IMG/VR virus record: IMGVR_UViG_3300005613_000004
Direction: 5' to 3' (one strand)
Length of the DNA: 64,000 nucleotides
From: a virus
This document shows positions 19,222 through 29,251 of the stretch, one piece after another. The notes beneath the pieces were generated by a model. That model did no database searches and was not told the DNA's origin. It saw only the letters and a program-made list of their open reading frames with translations. Within the stretch, counting starts at the first letter, position 1; every line of letters begins with the position of its first letter. The position numbers and the translations under genes are program-made.

Positions 19222-19590
19222 ATGTTTAAATCTGTATTCGCAGCAACTGCTGCTCTCTCCATGTCCGCTGGTGCTGCTTTTGCAGGTCCATACGTTAATG
19301 TGGAAGCTAATTCTGGCTTTGTAGGTTCTGATTATCAGGGCACCACTACTGATGCTCATATTGGATATGCTGGAGAAGCTGGTGAGAGTGTCTCTTGGTA
19401 TGTTCAAGGTGGTCCAAGTCTTGTTGCAATTGATGGTGCTGACTCTGAGACTGTCTTGTCTGGTAAAGCAGGTGCAAGTGTATCTGCAACTGATAGACTT
19501 TCTCTCTATGGTGAAGTATCTTTCGCAACTGGTATCGATGATGCTGATACCGGTTATGGAACTAAAGTTGGTGCAACTTTCAGTTTCTGA
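19222..19590 (+). CDS. small outer-membrane beta-barrel-like protein
   Basis: Signal peptide ending AAFA, GPYV start, alternating strands, C-terminal Phe (ATFSF). Confidence 0.75.
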   Translation: MFKSVFAATAALSMSAGAAFAGPYVNVEANSGFVGSDYQGTTTDAHIGYAGEAGESVSWYVQGGPSLVAIDGADSETVLSGKAGASVSATDRLSLYGEVSFATGIDDADTGYGTKVGATFSF

Positions 19591-19706
19591 CAAAATGTTG
19601 GGGATCAAATATTAATCGATCCTTAAATCTAAATATACGGACTTCTGCTATAATACAGAAGTCCATTTTTAATGAGACAAGTAAACTTTAATTTGGAAAA
19701 AAAGAA

Positions 19707-20066
19707 ATGAAAGCAATCGCACTTGCCGCACTGGCACTGTCAGCACTGGCGACACCTGCCCTTGCAGGACCTTATGTAGAGTCCAAGCATGAATTTAAGG
19801 GAACTGATGAAGATTTCTCTAAGGCAGTTCATCAGGGTCGTGTAGGATATGAATGGAAAACAGGTCGTTTCGCACCCTATGTAGAGGGTGGTCTTGGAGT
19901 AACGGCACCTGACGCTGGTGAAAACGAAACCTTCACCGCACTTGAAGTTGGTTCTAAAGTAAAGATCACTGATAAGTTTTCTGCTTATGGTAAGTGGGAG
20001 AACATCTTCCAAGAAGATTCTACTCGTGATTGGAAAGTAGAAGTTGGCACCAAGTATAAATTCTGA
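19707..20066 (+). CDS. second small outer-membrane beta-barrel-like protein
   Basis: Signal peptide ending PALA, GPYV start, C-terminal TKYKF. Confidence 0.75.
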   Translation: MKAIALAALALSALATPALAGPYVESKHEFKGTDEDFSKAVHQGRVGYEWKTGRFAPYVEGGLGVTAPDAGENETFTALEVGSKVKITDKFSAYGKWENIFQEDSTRDWKVEVGTKYKF

Positions 20067-20075
20067 TAATTAATA

Positions 20076-20645
20076 ATGAAACTTAAAGCAATCGCAGATT
20101 GGTGTATTGCATTTTGTTCTTCCCAGTTGTGGATGCTTCCAGCATCCCTTCTGGGCATTTTAATTCTTGTGCAGAGTATTCATACAAATGCACATCTTAA
20201 AATGGAAATGGATGTGCATGGGTATTGTAGACAAAATAGAGAGCATCAAAAAAATCTACAGTTTGAGGAAGATTGGTGAAAAAGAAAGTAAAGAAAATGA
20301 TTGAATGGTTCTATCAGGATACTGATAGAGGAAATCAAAATATTTCTGAGTGTAAAAATCTTTATGATCTTGTAGAAAAACTTCAATATAAACTTGAAGA
20401 TTTGGAAAATGAACACATGCAGATGATGTGTGAAATGCAAAATTTGTATAAAGTAATTGGTAAATTTGATTCTAATGAAGATTAATCTTTGGTATTCTGA
20501 ACATCAAAAGCAATGGAGATGGACTTTATGTGATGATAAAGATAAAATGAGTCAAGAATCTGGTCAACGTCCATTTCTTAGAGATGCAATGGAAGATGTT
20601 GCCAGAACAGTTGAATATATGCTTGAATGTCAGCAAAATCCTTAA
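20076..20645 (+). CDS. three small hypothetical proteins (20076-20279, 20273-20485, ~20472-20645)
   Basis: Contiguous overlap-coupled ORFs. Confidence 0.55.
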
Positions 20646-20700
20646 AGTGTAGTTAGTATCTATAAATAACTGAAAAACTGAAGAAGTACAGAACAATACA

Positions 20701-20958
20701 ATGGATAATATAAAGATTAGATGCCGCTCTTGTGGTACAGAGTTGGAGGGGCATTATAATAAAACAGTTTCTTGTGGTTGCCCTAATATGGCAACCATTC
20801 ATGGTAATAAGATTACTGCAGTTGACTTATCTCAAGTTGTTATGTTAAACTCTTACCAACCTCATCATAAAAGAGAAGTTTTGTCACAACAAGATATTCA
20901 GTGGCAAGAAAAAAGACGACAACGCAAAGTTCGTAAGTTAAACTTTGAGGTTCGTTGA
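20701..20958 (+). CDS. small Zn-binding hypothetical protein
   Basis: CRSCG...SCGCPN. Confidence 0.7.
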   Translation: MDNIKIRCRSCGTELEGHYNKTVSCGCPNMATIHGNKITAVDLSQVVMLNSYQPHHKREVLSQQDIQWQEKRRQRKVRKLNFEVR

Positions 20959-20962
20959 TACT

Positions 20963-21049
20963 GGTAGCGTGGCAGAGTCCGGTTTATTGCGTTTGTCTTG
21001 AAAACAAATGAGGGTAATACCTCCACTGGTTCGAATCCAGTCGCTACCG
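20963..21049 (+). tRNA. tRNA-Ser(UGA)
   Basis: Acceptor ggtagcg/cgctacc; loop cttgaaa; long variable arm; G73. Confidence 0.95.
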
Positions 21050-21151
21050 TTTAAAACTTTATAATTTTTTAATCACTTTGTGAAAATCAACACAAAGATG
21101 ACAGTTTAGAAACACTTATTATAATAGCTAATAAGTGTTTGTATTAACAGC

Positions 21152-21313
21152 ATGGATCAACATACCTACGATAACTGGGTGAAAGTCAAGAAAACTTTCG
21201 AAGAATCTGGAAATACGAATAATATGTTCTATAAAAGAGCATGTGCAATTGTGAGAGGTCAGAAAGATCCTTTACAAAAACATCTTGAGGATGGGGGATA
21301 TGAAAATACATGA
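21152..21313 (+). CDS. small conserved hypothetical protein (53 aa)
   Basis: MDQHTYDNWVKVKKTFEESGNTNNMFYKRACAIV. Confidence 0.6.
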   Translation: MDQHTYDNWVKVKKTFEESGNTNNMFYKRACAIVRGQKDPLQKHLEDGGYENT

Positions 21314-21447
21314 TAATATTGAAGACAACAATTCTCAAGAATTACAAAAAATAAAAGAAATAATTGATAAAATAGATCGTCGGACATTAATTAGTTCCGT
21401 GATTATCTATTCTACAATTATATACTTTATTTACTGGGGGATGAACC

Positions 21448-21871
21448 ATGCATTTAATTGATAGTGATATTCAATTTTTAGTGAGAGAATTAAATTCTCT
21501 TAAAGAAAGAATAGAAATTTTAGAAAAAACGAATGTTCTGCAACAAAATTTAATAGATGACATGATTAATGAATCAACTTCTAAAAAATGGTGTCATCCT
21601 GAATCGTCCATGAATCTACCAGATCTATGACAGAATACATTCCATTAATACTTATTATTGGTTATTGTTTTTTTGGTATTTTTCTTTTTATTTTATCATT
21701 AATGTCAGAATGAAATACTTGCAATTAACTATTAGGCATTTGATGGAGACACCAGCATTCTTAGGTTTGTTGGGATTTGTTTTGGTATTTGTTCCCATTC
21801 TTGGTATGTGGGCAGTCCACAAATACAACTGGCAGCACTGGGAACCGTTTGACAGGGGCCATAAAAAGTAG
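21448..21871 (+). CDS. small hypothetical proteins (21448-21630 and ~21709-21871)
   Basis: ORF track; the second has a TM segment. Confidence 0.45.
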
Positions 21872-21976
21872 TATACTTACTGCATAAGGAATTTGATAAG
21901 TTCAAATCTTATATGCCCGACTTGCCAGTATTATAACTGGCACACTTGACTAAATAAGTTTTAAACCTTATAATAA

Positions 21977-22216
21977 TTGAGTAAACCAAAGACAAAAATG
22001 GCACTGACCGAAAAATTTAAAAGGAAAGACCTTGACATTCTTTCTACTGCTGCAAATGGTGAAATTTTTCTAGACGTAAAAAATCCTAAACTTTTTAAGA
22101 AAGTTCGAAAGTATTATGAATCTAATGGAGTTGTTTTTTCTGGTGATCCTTTAGATGATTATGAAATGCTTATGGAGTATATCTTTCAAGATCTTGAAAC
22201 TGTTGAGGCTGTTTGA
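21977..22216 (+). CDS. conserved cyanophage hypothetical protein
   Basis: LDVKNPKLFKKVRKYYE. Confidence 0.7.
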   Translation: MSKPKTKMALTEKFKRKDLDILSTAANGEIFLDVKNPKLFKKVRKYYESNGVVFSGDPLDDYEMLMEYIFQDLETVEAV

Positions 22217-22470
22217 TGAAAATTGTGAAAAAACCTTCCGTTTTTTTGGAACGTTTCCCTTATCGTTATGTGCAGGTCGGTAATCTGGAAATCAATGGTA
22301 AACCAGATTGTCGTATTCAAAAAGTAGATTCATACACAGGTCGTTATAAAGACATCTATCTTTGTGACAATGAAATGCAGTTGATGACTGCTATGGAAGA
22401 TCATTCATATACTGTTTGGTTAGATCCTGATGGTGGTCCATGTTATGTTAAAGACTCGGTATGTCGTTAA
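22213..22470 (+). CDS. conserved cyanophage hypothetical protein
   Basis: FPYRYVQVG...NGKPDCRIQK. Confidence 0.7.
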   Translation: MMKIVKKPSVFLERFPYRYVQVGNLEINGKPDCRIQKVDSYTGRYKDIYLCDNEMQLMTAMEDHSYTVWLDPDGGPCYVKDSVCR

Positions 22471-22556
22471 ACTAGCCCTGGTCGGTGAAGGTTCCCCTTC
22501 AATCCCGGAGTCATGGAGAGACTTTAAAAATCCTGGTGGAGTCATTAGACCCTCTT
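22455..22556 (+). ncRNA. structured non-coding RNA, manA-like candidate
   Basis: GC-richer intergenic tract with hairpins (gagtc-atggaga-gactt) ahead of a sugar-metabolism gene; family assignment from memory, not a covariance search. Confidence 0.45.
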
Positions 22557-22558
22557 AT

Positions 22559-22650
22559 GAGTTTCCAATCTCTCTCAAGGATTGGTGGTGCGGATGGAGG
22601 TAACTCCCGCCCTGTTTCTTGCTTCAGGTAAAAGAGCAAGTGGCGAGCCT
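22559..22650 (+). ncRNA. wcaG-like cis-regulatory RNA motif
   Basis: Two UGGYG motifs (tggtgcgga, gtggcgagcc) and stems ccaatc/gattgg, cttgct/agcaag, directly upstream of an NDP-sugar epimerase, the known context of this cyanophage motif. Confidence 0.7.
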
Positions 22651-22720
22651 AAGACCTTAGAGGAGAGTTGTAAAAACTCTCCTTTTTTGTTATAATACAT
22701 ATTATAGTTTATTCCTTATT

Positions 22721-23770
22721 ATGTCCGAATATAAAAAGACGGCACTTGTACTTGGAGCCGGTGGATTTATCGGAAGTCATATGGTCAAAAGACTTCGTTC
22801 AGAAGGTTATTGGGTTCGTGGTGTAGATCTCAAACGTCCTGAGTTTTCAGATACTGAAGCAAATGAATTTATTCAAGGTGATCTTAGAGATGTAAGTTTT
22901 GTTCGTCGTTGTATTCGTTTCACTGGATATCTTGGAAACTTTTATCAGCAGATTGTTGAAAAGTTTGCACAACCATTTGATGAGATTTATCAGTTCGCTG
23001 CTGATATGGGTGGTGCAGGTTTTGTTTTTACTGGAGAGAATGATGCAGATATTATGCATAATTCAGTAACTATTAATCTTAATGTTCTCGATGAGCAACG
23101 TAAGTTCAATGAACTAAAAGAAGTTAATAAGACAAAAATCTTTTATTCTGGATCTGCTTGTATGTATCCAGAACATAATCAACTTGATCCAGATAACCCC
23201 GATTGCCGTGAAGATTCAGCATATCCAGCAAATCCCGACTCTGAGTATGGATGGGAGAAACTTTTCAGTGAAAGACTCTACTTTGCATACAACAGGAATC
23301 ATAGTATTCCTGTTCGGGTTGCTCGTTATCACAATATCTTTGGTCCTGAAGGAACCTGGGACGGTGGAAGAGAGAAGGCACCAGCTGCAATCTGCCGCAA
23401 AGTTGCTTATCTCCCGGAGCAAGGTGGAGCAATCGAAGTGTGGGGAGATGGCTTACAAACTCGTTCCTTCTTGTTCGTTGATGAATGCATTGAAGCAACT
23501 CGACGACTGATGGATAGTGATTTCATGGGTCCTGTAAACATCGGATCTGAAGAGATGGTTACTATTAACGAACTGGTAGATACTGCTGCCCGTGTTGCAA
23601 ACAAAGAAGTTCAGAAGATTCATATTGATGGACCTCTTGGAGTTCGTGGACGTAATTCCAATAATGATCTTATCCGCGAAAAACTTGGATGGGATTATGA
23701 ACAAACTTTAGAAGAAGGTATTTGTATTACCTACAATTGGATTCAAAGTCAAATTAACCACAATAAATAA
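22721..23770 (+). CDS. NAD-dependent epimerase, GDP-mannose 3',5'-epimerase-like
   Basis: GAGGFIG, AADMGGAGF, YxxxK (YGWEK), GGREKAPAAICRK, GVRGRNSNN. Confidence 0.88.
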   Translation: MSEYKKTALVLGAGGFIGSHMVKRLRSEGYWVRGVDLKRPEFSDTEANEFIQGDLRDVSFVRRCIRFTGYLGNFYQQIVEKFAQPFDEIYQFAADMGGAGFVFTGENDADIMHNSVTINLNVLDEQRKFNELKEVNKTKIFYSGSACMYPEHNQLDPDNPDCREDSAYPANPDSEYGWEKLFSERLYFAYNRNHSIPVRVARYHNIFGPEGTWDGGREKAPAAICRKVAYLPEQGGAIEVWGDGLQTRSFLFVDECIEATRRLMDSDFMGPVNIGSEEMVTINELVDTAARVANKEVQKIHIDGPLGVRGRNSNNDLIREKLGWDYEQTLEEGICITYNWIQSQINHNK

Positions 23771-23785
23771 AAAATTAATTATTAA

Positions 23786-24376
23786 ATGGATATGAATGAT
23801 ACTAAGAATTTGCCAGATCATCTGGGCGGTCAATGCACAGGTAATGTTGATGTTGCCTTAATTCAATATTTGAAAGAAAAATATAATATTAAAACCTTAA
23901 TAGATCTTGGGTGTGGAAATGGTGCTGCTGTAAAGCAATACGAATCACTCGGAATAAATTGTTGGGGTGTTGATGGTGATTGGACAAGACTACCTAAAGA
24001 AGATAATTTTATCCTGCATGATTTTACATTAGGAAAAATTGAATTTGAACCAGAGGATATTACTTTTGACTGTGCATATTCTTTTGAATTTTTGGAGCAC
24101 GTTGAAGAAAAATATCAAGAAAATTATATGGATTTGTTTTGCAAATCTACAAAACTTTGTGTTGTGACTGCCGCTGGACCAAATCAGGGAGGACATCATC
24201 ATGTTAATTGTAGAACTCAAGAATATTGGTATAATGTATTTGATAAGTACGGATTTAAATATTTAAAGGAAGAAACTGAATTATCTAGGCAAAAATCTCT
24301 GAATAAAGGAAGTAAAGGGGAGCATCCACACCGACAATATTTTAAAGAAACAGGAATGGTTTTTTTGAGGAAATGA
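23786..24376 (+). CDS. class I SAM-dependent methyltransferase
   Basis: IDLGCGNG, FEFLEHV, GGHHHVNC. Confidence 0.8.
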   Translation: MDMNDTKNLPDHLGGQCTGNVDVALIQYLKEKYNIKTLIDLGCGNGAAVKQYESLGINCWGVDGDWTRLPKEDNFILHDFTLGKIEFEPEDITFDCAYSFEFLEHVEEKYQENYMDLFCKSTKLCVVTAAGPNQGGHHHVNCRTQEYWYNVFDKYGFKYLKEETELSRQKSLNKGSKGEHPHRQYFKETGMVFLRK

Positions 24377-24377
24377 T

Positions 24378-25274
24378 ATGAAAAAATCTATAGTTACCGG
24401 AGGTGCGGGATTCATTGGATCCCACCTTGTTGATAAATTAATTTCTCTTGGTCATGAAGTAATCGTTATTGATAATGAAACTTCTGATGGGCATGATTCT
24501 TATTTTTGGAATAAAAACAGTCAAAACCACAAGTTAGATATTAGAAATTTTACTGATATTGCTCCACTTTTTCAAGGTGTAGACTATGTTTATCATCTTG
24601 CGGCAAAGGCAAGCGTTCAAGCTTCTGTAGATAATCCTTTACCCACCATTTCTACTCAGGTAATTGGGACCGCTAATGTACTTGAAGCATCAAGACTATC
24701 TGGTGTGGAGAAAGTAATTTATTCCTCTACATCTGCTGTATATGGAAATATGAATCCTATTCCTAACGTGGAGACAATGCGTGAGGATCCTCTTAATGCA
24801 TATGCTATTGGAAAACTTTCTGGAGAACAACTGGTTAAGTCTTATCATGGTTTGTATGGCATGAAAACAGTTGCTTTCAGATATACTAATGTTTATGGTG
24901 AGAGATCAAGGCATGTTGGGACATATGCTCCTGCAGTAAGCAAGTTTTTAAAGATGAAGGCAGAGGGAGAACCTCTTACAATCTTTGGTGACGGTTTGCA
25001 AAGAAGAGACTTTATTCATGTCTCTGATGTAGTAAATGCAAATGCTGCTATCAGTTTTGAAGAATTGGATACTTGGGGTGAAGTATACAACATTGGATAT
25101 GGAAAAAATTGGAGTATTCAGGAGATTGCGGACTCTATTAGTGAAGATCAGGTACATTTGTCGGGTAGGTCTGGTGAGATGCGTGAAACTCTAGCAGATA
25201 TTAGAAAAGCAAAAGCAGAACTTACTTGGAAACCTAAAGTAGATATTTTAAAATGGATTGGAACTCAACTATGA
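24378..25274 (+). CDS. NAD-dependent epimerase/dehydratase
   Basis: TGGAGFIGSH, SSTSAVYG, YAIGK, RDFIHVSDV. Confidence 0.92.
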   Translation: MKKSIVTGGAGFIGSHLVDKLISLGHEVIVIDNETSDGHDSYFWNKNSQNHKLDIRNFTDIAPLFQGVDYVYHLAAKASVQASVDNPLPTISTQVIGTANVLEASRLSGVEKVIYSSTSAVYGNMNPIPNVETMREDPLNAYAIGKLSGEQLVKSYHGLYGMKTVAFRYTNVYGERSRHVGTYAPAVSKFLKMKAEGEPLTIFGDGLQRRDFIHVSDVVNANAAISFEELDTWGEVYNIGYGKNWSIQEIADSISEDQVHLSGRSGEMRETLADIRKAKAELTWKPKVDILKWIGTQL

Positions 25275-26020
25275 ATATAGGTGGATGGCATTATTGCTAT
25301 AAGCAAGATTTGGCAACGGAGAAAGCATTAGAATCTTTTAAACTTCACAATCCAGAAAGTCCATATTTCCTTGCTTCTGATGGTGGAAATGATTTTTCTT
25401 ATTTAACTCAAAAGTGGGATGGTGTTTTTTATAAACACTATCAAGATAACTTGGGATATGGTAAAGCAAAACGATGGGAAGATATTCCTACAACACCAAA
25501 AAGAATTGAGGAAGAAGTTAAAGTTATTAGTGAGTGGATTGATCGAGTTTACGAGTGTATGCTTACCTTGAAAACTGATTATGTTATCAAAATGGAGGAC
25601 GATGTTCTAATACAGGGAAAAATAAAAATTCCATATAATGGTGATTTTGGTATGTGTGGATTAAAAACTGGAAACTTTTATCCACAAAATGTCTGTAAAA
25701 AATTTAAGGAGTTGACTGGAAATGAACTAACTCCTTTTTGGGGCGCTGCTGGTGGCGTAATCTATAATGCTAAATTATTCATAAGTAATGTAGACAAATT
25801 TAAGTATTTTGTTAAAAATCATTACCCTGAGATGAAAAAAATTCATATAACATCTTTTGCTTGTGATTCATTTGTTATGATGCTATATTCAAGTATAGGT
25901 GCAAACTATGAAATTAATCCTGACCTGACAGATTCTGGTGCATCATCTTATCACCCCATAGTGCATAATTTTAAAAAGTATTATTCTAAACCAAAAGAAA
26001 TTTATAGGTCATTTTCATGA
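25271..26020 (+). CDS. putative glycosyltransferase (start likely ATG 25271)
   Basis: LASDGG, YVIKMEDDV (DxD-like); island context. Confidence 0.5.
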   Translation: MNIGGWHYCYKQDLATEKALESFKLHNPESPYFLASDGGNDFSYLTQKWDGVFYKHYQDNLGYGKAKRWEDIPTTPKRIEEEVKVISEWIDRVYECMLTLKTDYVIKMEDDVLIQGKIKIPYNGDFGMCGLKTGNFYPQNVCKKFKELTGNELTPFWGAAGGVIYNAKLFISNVDKFKYFVKNHYPEMKKIHITSFACDSFVMMLYSSIGANYEINPDLTDSGASSYHPIVHNFKKYYSKPKEIYRSFS

Positions 26021-26682
26021 AAACTACAAATAGATTAATTAAAAAGAGTGATATTGTCTGGGCTAAAAAAATTAGAGATGAAAATCGATGGATTGAAAAA
26101 TATCCACATGCAACTAGTCTTGGAAATCACTGGAATAGAGAAGAGGCACTTTTAAAGTGGGTATTCGCTATATTTAATTTTGGTATTGGAACTAGTGGAA
26201 AAAAAGTAATTGATTTGGGATTTCACAATGGGTGTGTTCCTCATGTTGTATCGGACTGGGGGAACGAAACAATTGCTTTAGATAAACTAAAATCTGAATG
26301 GGGGCAGTCAAAATCTTCTGCTTCTATTGTAATAGATGATGCATTTACTTGGTTGCCTAAATTGGAAGATGAATCTGTGGATGTTTTTTTTGATTTGTGT
26401 GCGGTTCATCTTTTTGATGATTCTTCTAATAAAGAATGTGGAAATTTGGGATTATTAAAAATTTCAGAATTGGTATTTCAAAAATTAAAATCTAAAGGTA
26501 AGTTTATTGTATCTTCAGATGTTGGTAATAGTGAAACAGGAGAGTTTATCACTCCAGAAATTTTTATTGAAATTGTAGAAAGAAGCGGATTGAAGTTAAC
26601 TTCTGAATTTGATGGTATAATTGATAACGATACATTTTACAATGGTAATTACAAAGTGGTATCCTTAACTTTCGAAAAATAA
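26017..26682 (+). CDS. class I SAM methyltransferase-like protein
   Basis: VIDLGFHNG, Rossmann pattern. Confidence 0.6.
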   Translation: MKTTNRLIKKSDIVWAKKIRDENRWIEKYPHATSLGNHWNREEALLKWVFAIFNFGIGTSGKKVIDLGFHNGCVPHVVSDWGNETIALDKLKSEWGQSKSSASIVIDDAFTWLPKLEDESVDVFFDLCAVHLFDDSSNKECGNLGLLKISELVFQKLKSKGKFIVSSDVGNSETGEFITPEIFIEIVERSGLKLTSEFDGIIDNDTFYNGNYKVVSLTFEK

Positions 26683-26685
26683 ATT

Positions 26686-28047
26686 ATGAATAAATTGGTA
26701 ATATTTGATCTTGACGGAGTTCTTATCGACAGTAAAGATTATCATTATGATGCCCTGAATCAAGCACTTGGTTCTGAATATGCAATCAGTCGGGAAGAAC
26801 ATGTTAGTATCTATGATGGTCTTCCTACTAAAGCAAAACTAGAACTTCTTACGAAGAATAAAGGTCTTCCCGTAGATCGGTACGATAAGATCTGGAGAGA
26901 CAAGCAAGAAGCAACCCTCAAGATCTTCAATGAGTGTGTTGCTAAAGACTATGAACTGATGGGATACTTCCAGCAGTTGGTAGATTGTGGATATAAGATC
27001 GCTGTCGCCTCAAACAGTATTCGTAATACTGTTAAGATCATTCTTCTTCGTCTGGGACTTCTTGAGTTTATAGACATGTATGTCTCTAATGAAGACGTTG
27101 TTCGTAACAAACCATTCCCAGCAATGTATTGGAAGTGCATGACTGCACTGGGTGCTCTTCCTAATGATACTGTCATCATTGAAGACAGTCATATTGGTCG
27201 TCAGGGTGCTCTGGATAGTAAATGTCATCTTGTTCCTGTAGAAGATCGTAGAGATCTCAATCAGAGTAAGATTGATAGAATCAAAAAAATTCTAAATGGT
27301 ACTAAGAAAAAAGTGGCGTGGGAGAGCAAGACTATGAACGTACTTATTCCTATGGCAGGTCGCGGTAGTCGATTTGCATCTCAGGGATATACCTTCCCCA
27401 AACCTTTAATTGAAGTCAAAGGAAAACCTATGATTCAAGTTGTGGTTGAAAACTTGAATATCAAAGCAAATTATACTTTTATTGTGCAAAAAGAACATTA
27501 TGAAAAGTATAGTTTGAATTATCTTCTTCCTTTAATTGCACCTGGATGTAATATTGTTCAGGTAGATGGTATTACTGAGGGTGCATGTTGCACTACTCTC
27601 CTTGCAAAACAATTTATTGATAATGATGAACCGCTAGTAATGGCAAACTCTGATCAGTTTGTTGAGTGGGACTCTAATGAGACCCTTTATGCATTCCAGA
27701 ATGGTGATGCTGATGGTGGTATTGTTACCTTCCCTGCAACTCATCCCAAGTGGTCTTATGCCAAACTTGGAGAGGATGGATACGTTGCTGAGGTTGCTGA
27801 GAAGAAACCCATCTCTGAACATGCTACTGTTGGTATTTACTACTGGAAGAAGGGATCTGACTATGTGAAGTATGCTGAGCAGATGATTGAGAAAGATATT
27901 CGTGTCAATAACGAATACTATGTCTGTCCTGTATTCAATGAAGCCATTGCGGACGACAAGAAAATTAGAATCAAAGAAATTGATAAAATGTGGGGTATCG
28001 GAACTCCCGAAGATCTGAATTATTTTTTGGAGCATTATAAAGAATGA
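26686..28047 (+). CDS. HAD phosphatase fused to sugar-phosphate nucleotidyltransferase
   Basis: FDLDGVLIDS, KPFP, IEDS; then NVLIPMAGRGSRF...PKPLI (from ~27334), WGIGTPEDL. Confidence 0.88.
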   Translation: MNKLVIFDLDGVLIDSKDYHYDALNQALGSEYAISREEHVSIYDGLPTKAKLELLTKNKGLPVDRYDKIWRDKQEATLKIFNECVAKDYELMGYFQQLVDCGYKIAVASNSIRNTVKIILLRLGLLEFIDMYVSNEDVVRNKPFPAMYWKCMTALGALPNDTVIIEDSHIGRQGALDSKCHLVPVEDRRDLNQSKIDRIKKILNGTKKKVAWESKTMNVLIPMAGRGSRFASQGYTFPKPLIEVKGKPMIQVVVENLNIKANYTFIVQKEHYEKYSLNYLLPLIAPGCNIVQVDGITEGACCTTLLAKQFIDNDEPLVMANSDQFVEWDSNETLYAFQNGDADGGIVTFPATHPKWSYAKLGEDGYVAEVAEKKPISEHATVGIYYWKKGSDYVKYAEQMIEKDIRVNNEYYVCPVFNEAIADDKKIRIKEIDKMWGIGTPEDLNYFLEHYKE

Positions 28048-28505
28048 AATTGATTGCCCATCGGGCCAATTTAAATGGTCCAAATCCATTAACAGAAAAC
28101 AGTCTAGAACAAATTGAATATTGCATAGAGCGGGGATATGATGTTGAGATTGATGTTAGACTTAATGTATCAACTGGAGAAATCTGGTTAGGTCACGATG
28201 AACCTCAGTATAATGTTAGTTGGACATTTTTAGAAAAACATTTAAGAAACCTCTGGATTCATTGTAAAGATATTGAAACTCTGCAGGAGTTTTCTACTTA
28301 CAAGGACAGATATAATTACTTTTGGCATCAAGAAGATGATTATACCTTGACGAGTCAAAATTACATTTGGACATATCCTGGCAAATCTTTTACAAAAAAT
28401 GCTGTGATTGTAATGCCAGAGTTGGATATTACTATTGATATTAGTAATTTAAAGCATTCAAGTTGTTTTGGTATTTGTAGCGATTATGTGGGAGAATTAA
28501 AATGA
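28044..28505 (+). CDS. small phosphodiesterase-like (GDPD-fold) protein
   Basis: LIAHRAN...EN, VEIDVR, WIHCK, GICSD. Confidence 0.7.
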   Translation: MKLIAHRANLNGPNPLTENSLEQIEYCIERGYDVEIDVRLNVSTGEIWLGHDEPQYNVSWTFLEKHLRNLWIHCKDIETLQEFSTYKDRYNYFWHQEDDYTLTSQNYIWTYPGKSFTKNAVIVMPELDITIDISNLKHSSCFGICSDYVGELK

Positions 28506-29251
28506 AAATAGCAGCCTGTTTTTCTGGACAACCTCGTTTTGTAAACGAATGTTCTGCATCTATTTTAAAAAACGTTTTTCAAAAATATAATGTAGATGTA
28601 TTCGCTCACTTATGGTTTGATGAAGATCTCAAAACAAAACCATACAAATATGGGGGAGATGGTGGATGGGAACACCAGAGAATTTCAGAAAATGCAATTG
28701 ATGATTTCAAAAGAACCTACAATCCTGTTGATATTGTAGTAGAAGAAAGTTGTAATTTTTATGATCCATACATGGAAGATGATTTTGAAGTGTCTCAAAA
28801 TAGATATTGGAAGGGATCATTAAATCAACCCAATTATATGGAAAGACAAATTAAAAATACTTTGTCTAATTTTTGTAGTATGAGTGAAGTTAATAGGTTA
28901 AAATTAAAACATGAATATAAAAATAAATTTAAATATGATTGGGTATTTAAGATCAGAACAGATGTAATTGTTCACTCCCTAATAAATTTGTCTAACTATG
29001 ATAGTAGTTCATTTAACTGCACATCTTTGATGCAACAACCCCCTCATGTAAATGACTGGGTTTGTTTTGGTGGGTCTGATGTAATGGATGTATTCATGGG
29101 AGTCTTTCCCATGTTCCAGAGAGTTTTTGATCTAACAAAGTATAATAGGGAAAATTGTTGGGACAATGAAACTCTTCATGTTCAACTGTTGGATCAGATG
29201 CAAGTTAATATTGAAAGACATCCAATTCCTTTATCAATTCCTAGATTTTAA
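28502..29251 (+). CDS. putative glycosyltransferase/polysaccharide protein
   Basis: KIAACFSGQPR, YDWVFKIRTD, NDWVCFG. Confidence 0.55.
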   Translation: MKIAACFSGQPRFVNECSASILKNVFQKYNVDVFAHLWFDEDLKTKPYKYGGDGGWEHQRISENAIDDFKRTYNPVDIVVEESCNFYDPYMEDDFEVSQNRYWKGSLNQPNYMERQIKNTLSNFCSMSEVNRLKLKHEYKNKFKYDWVFKIRTDVIVHSLINLSNYDSSSFNCTSLMQQPPHVNDWVCFGGSDVMDVFMGVFPMFQRVFDLTKYNRENCWDNETLHVQLLDQMQVNIERHPIPLSIPRF

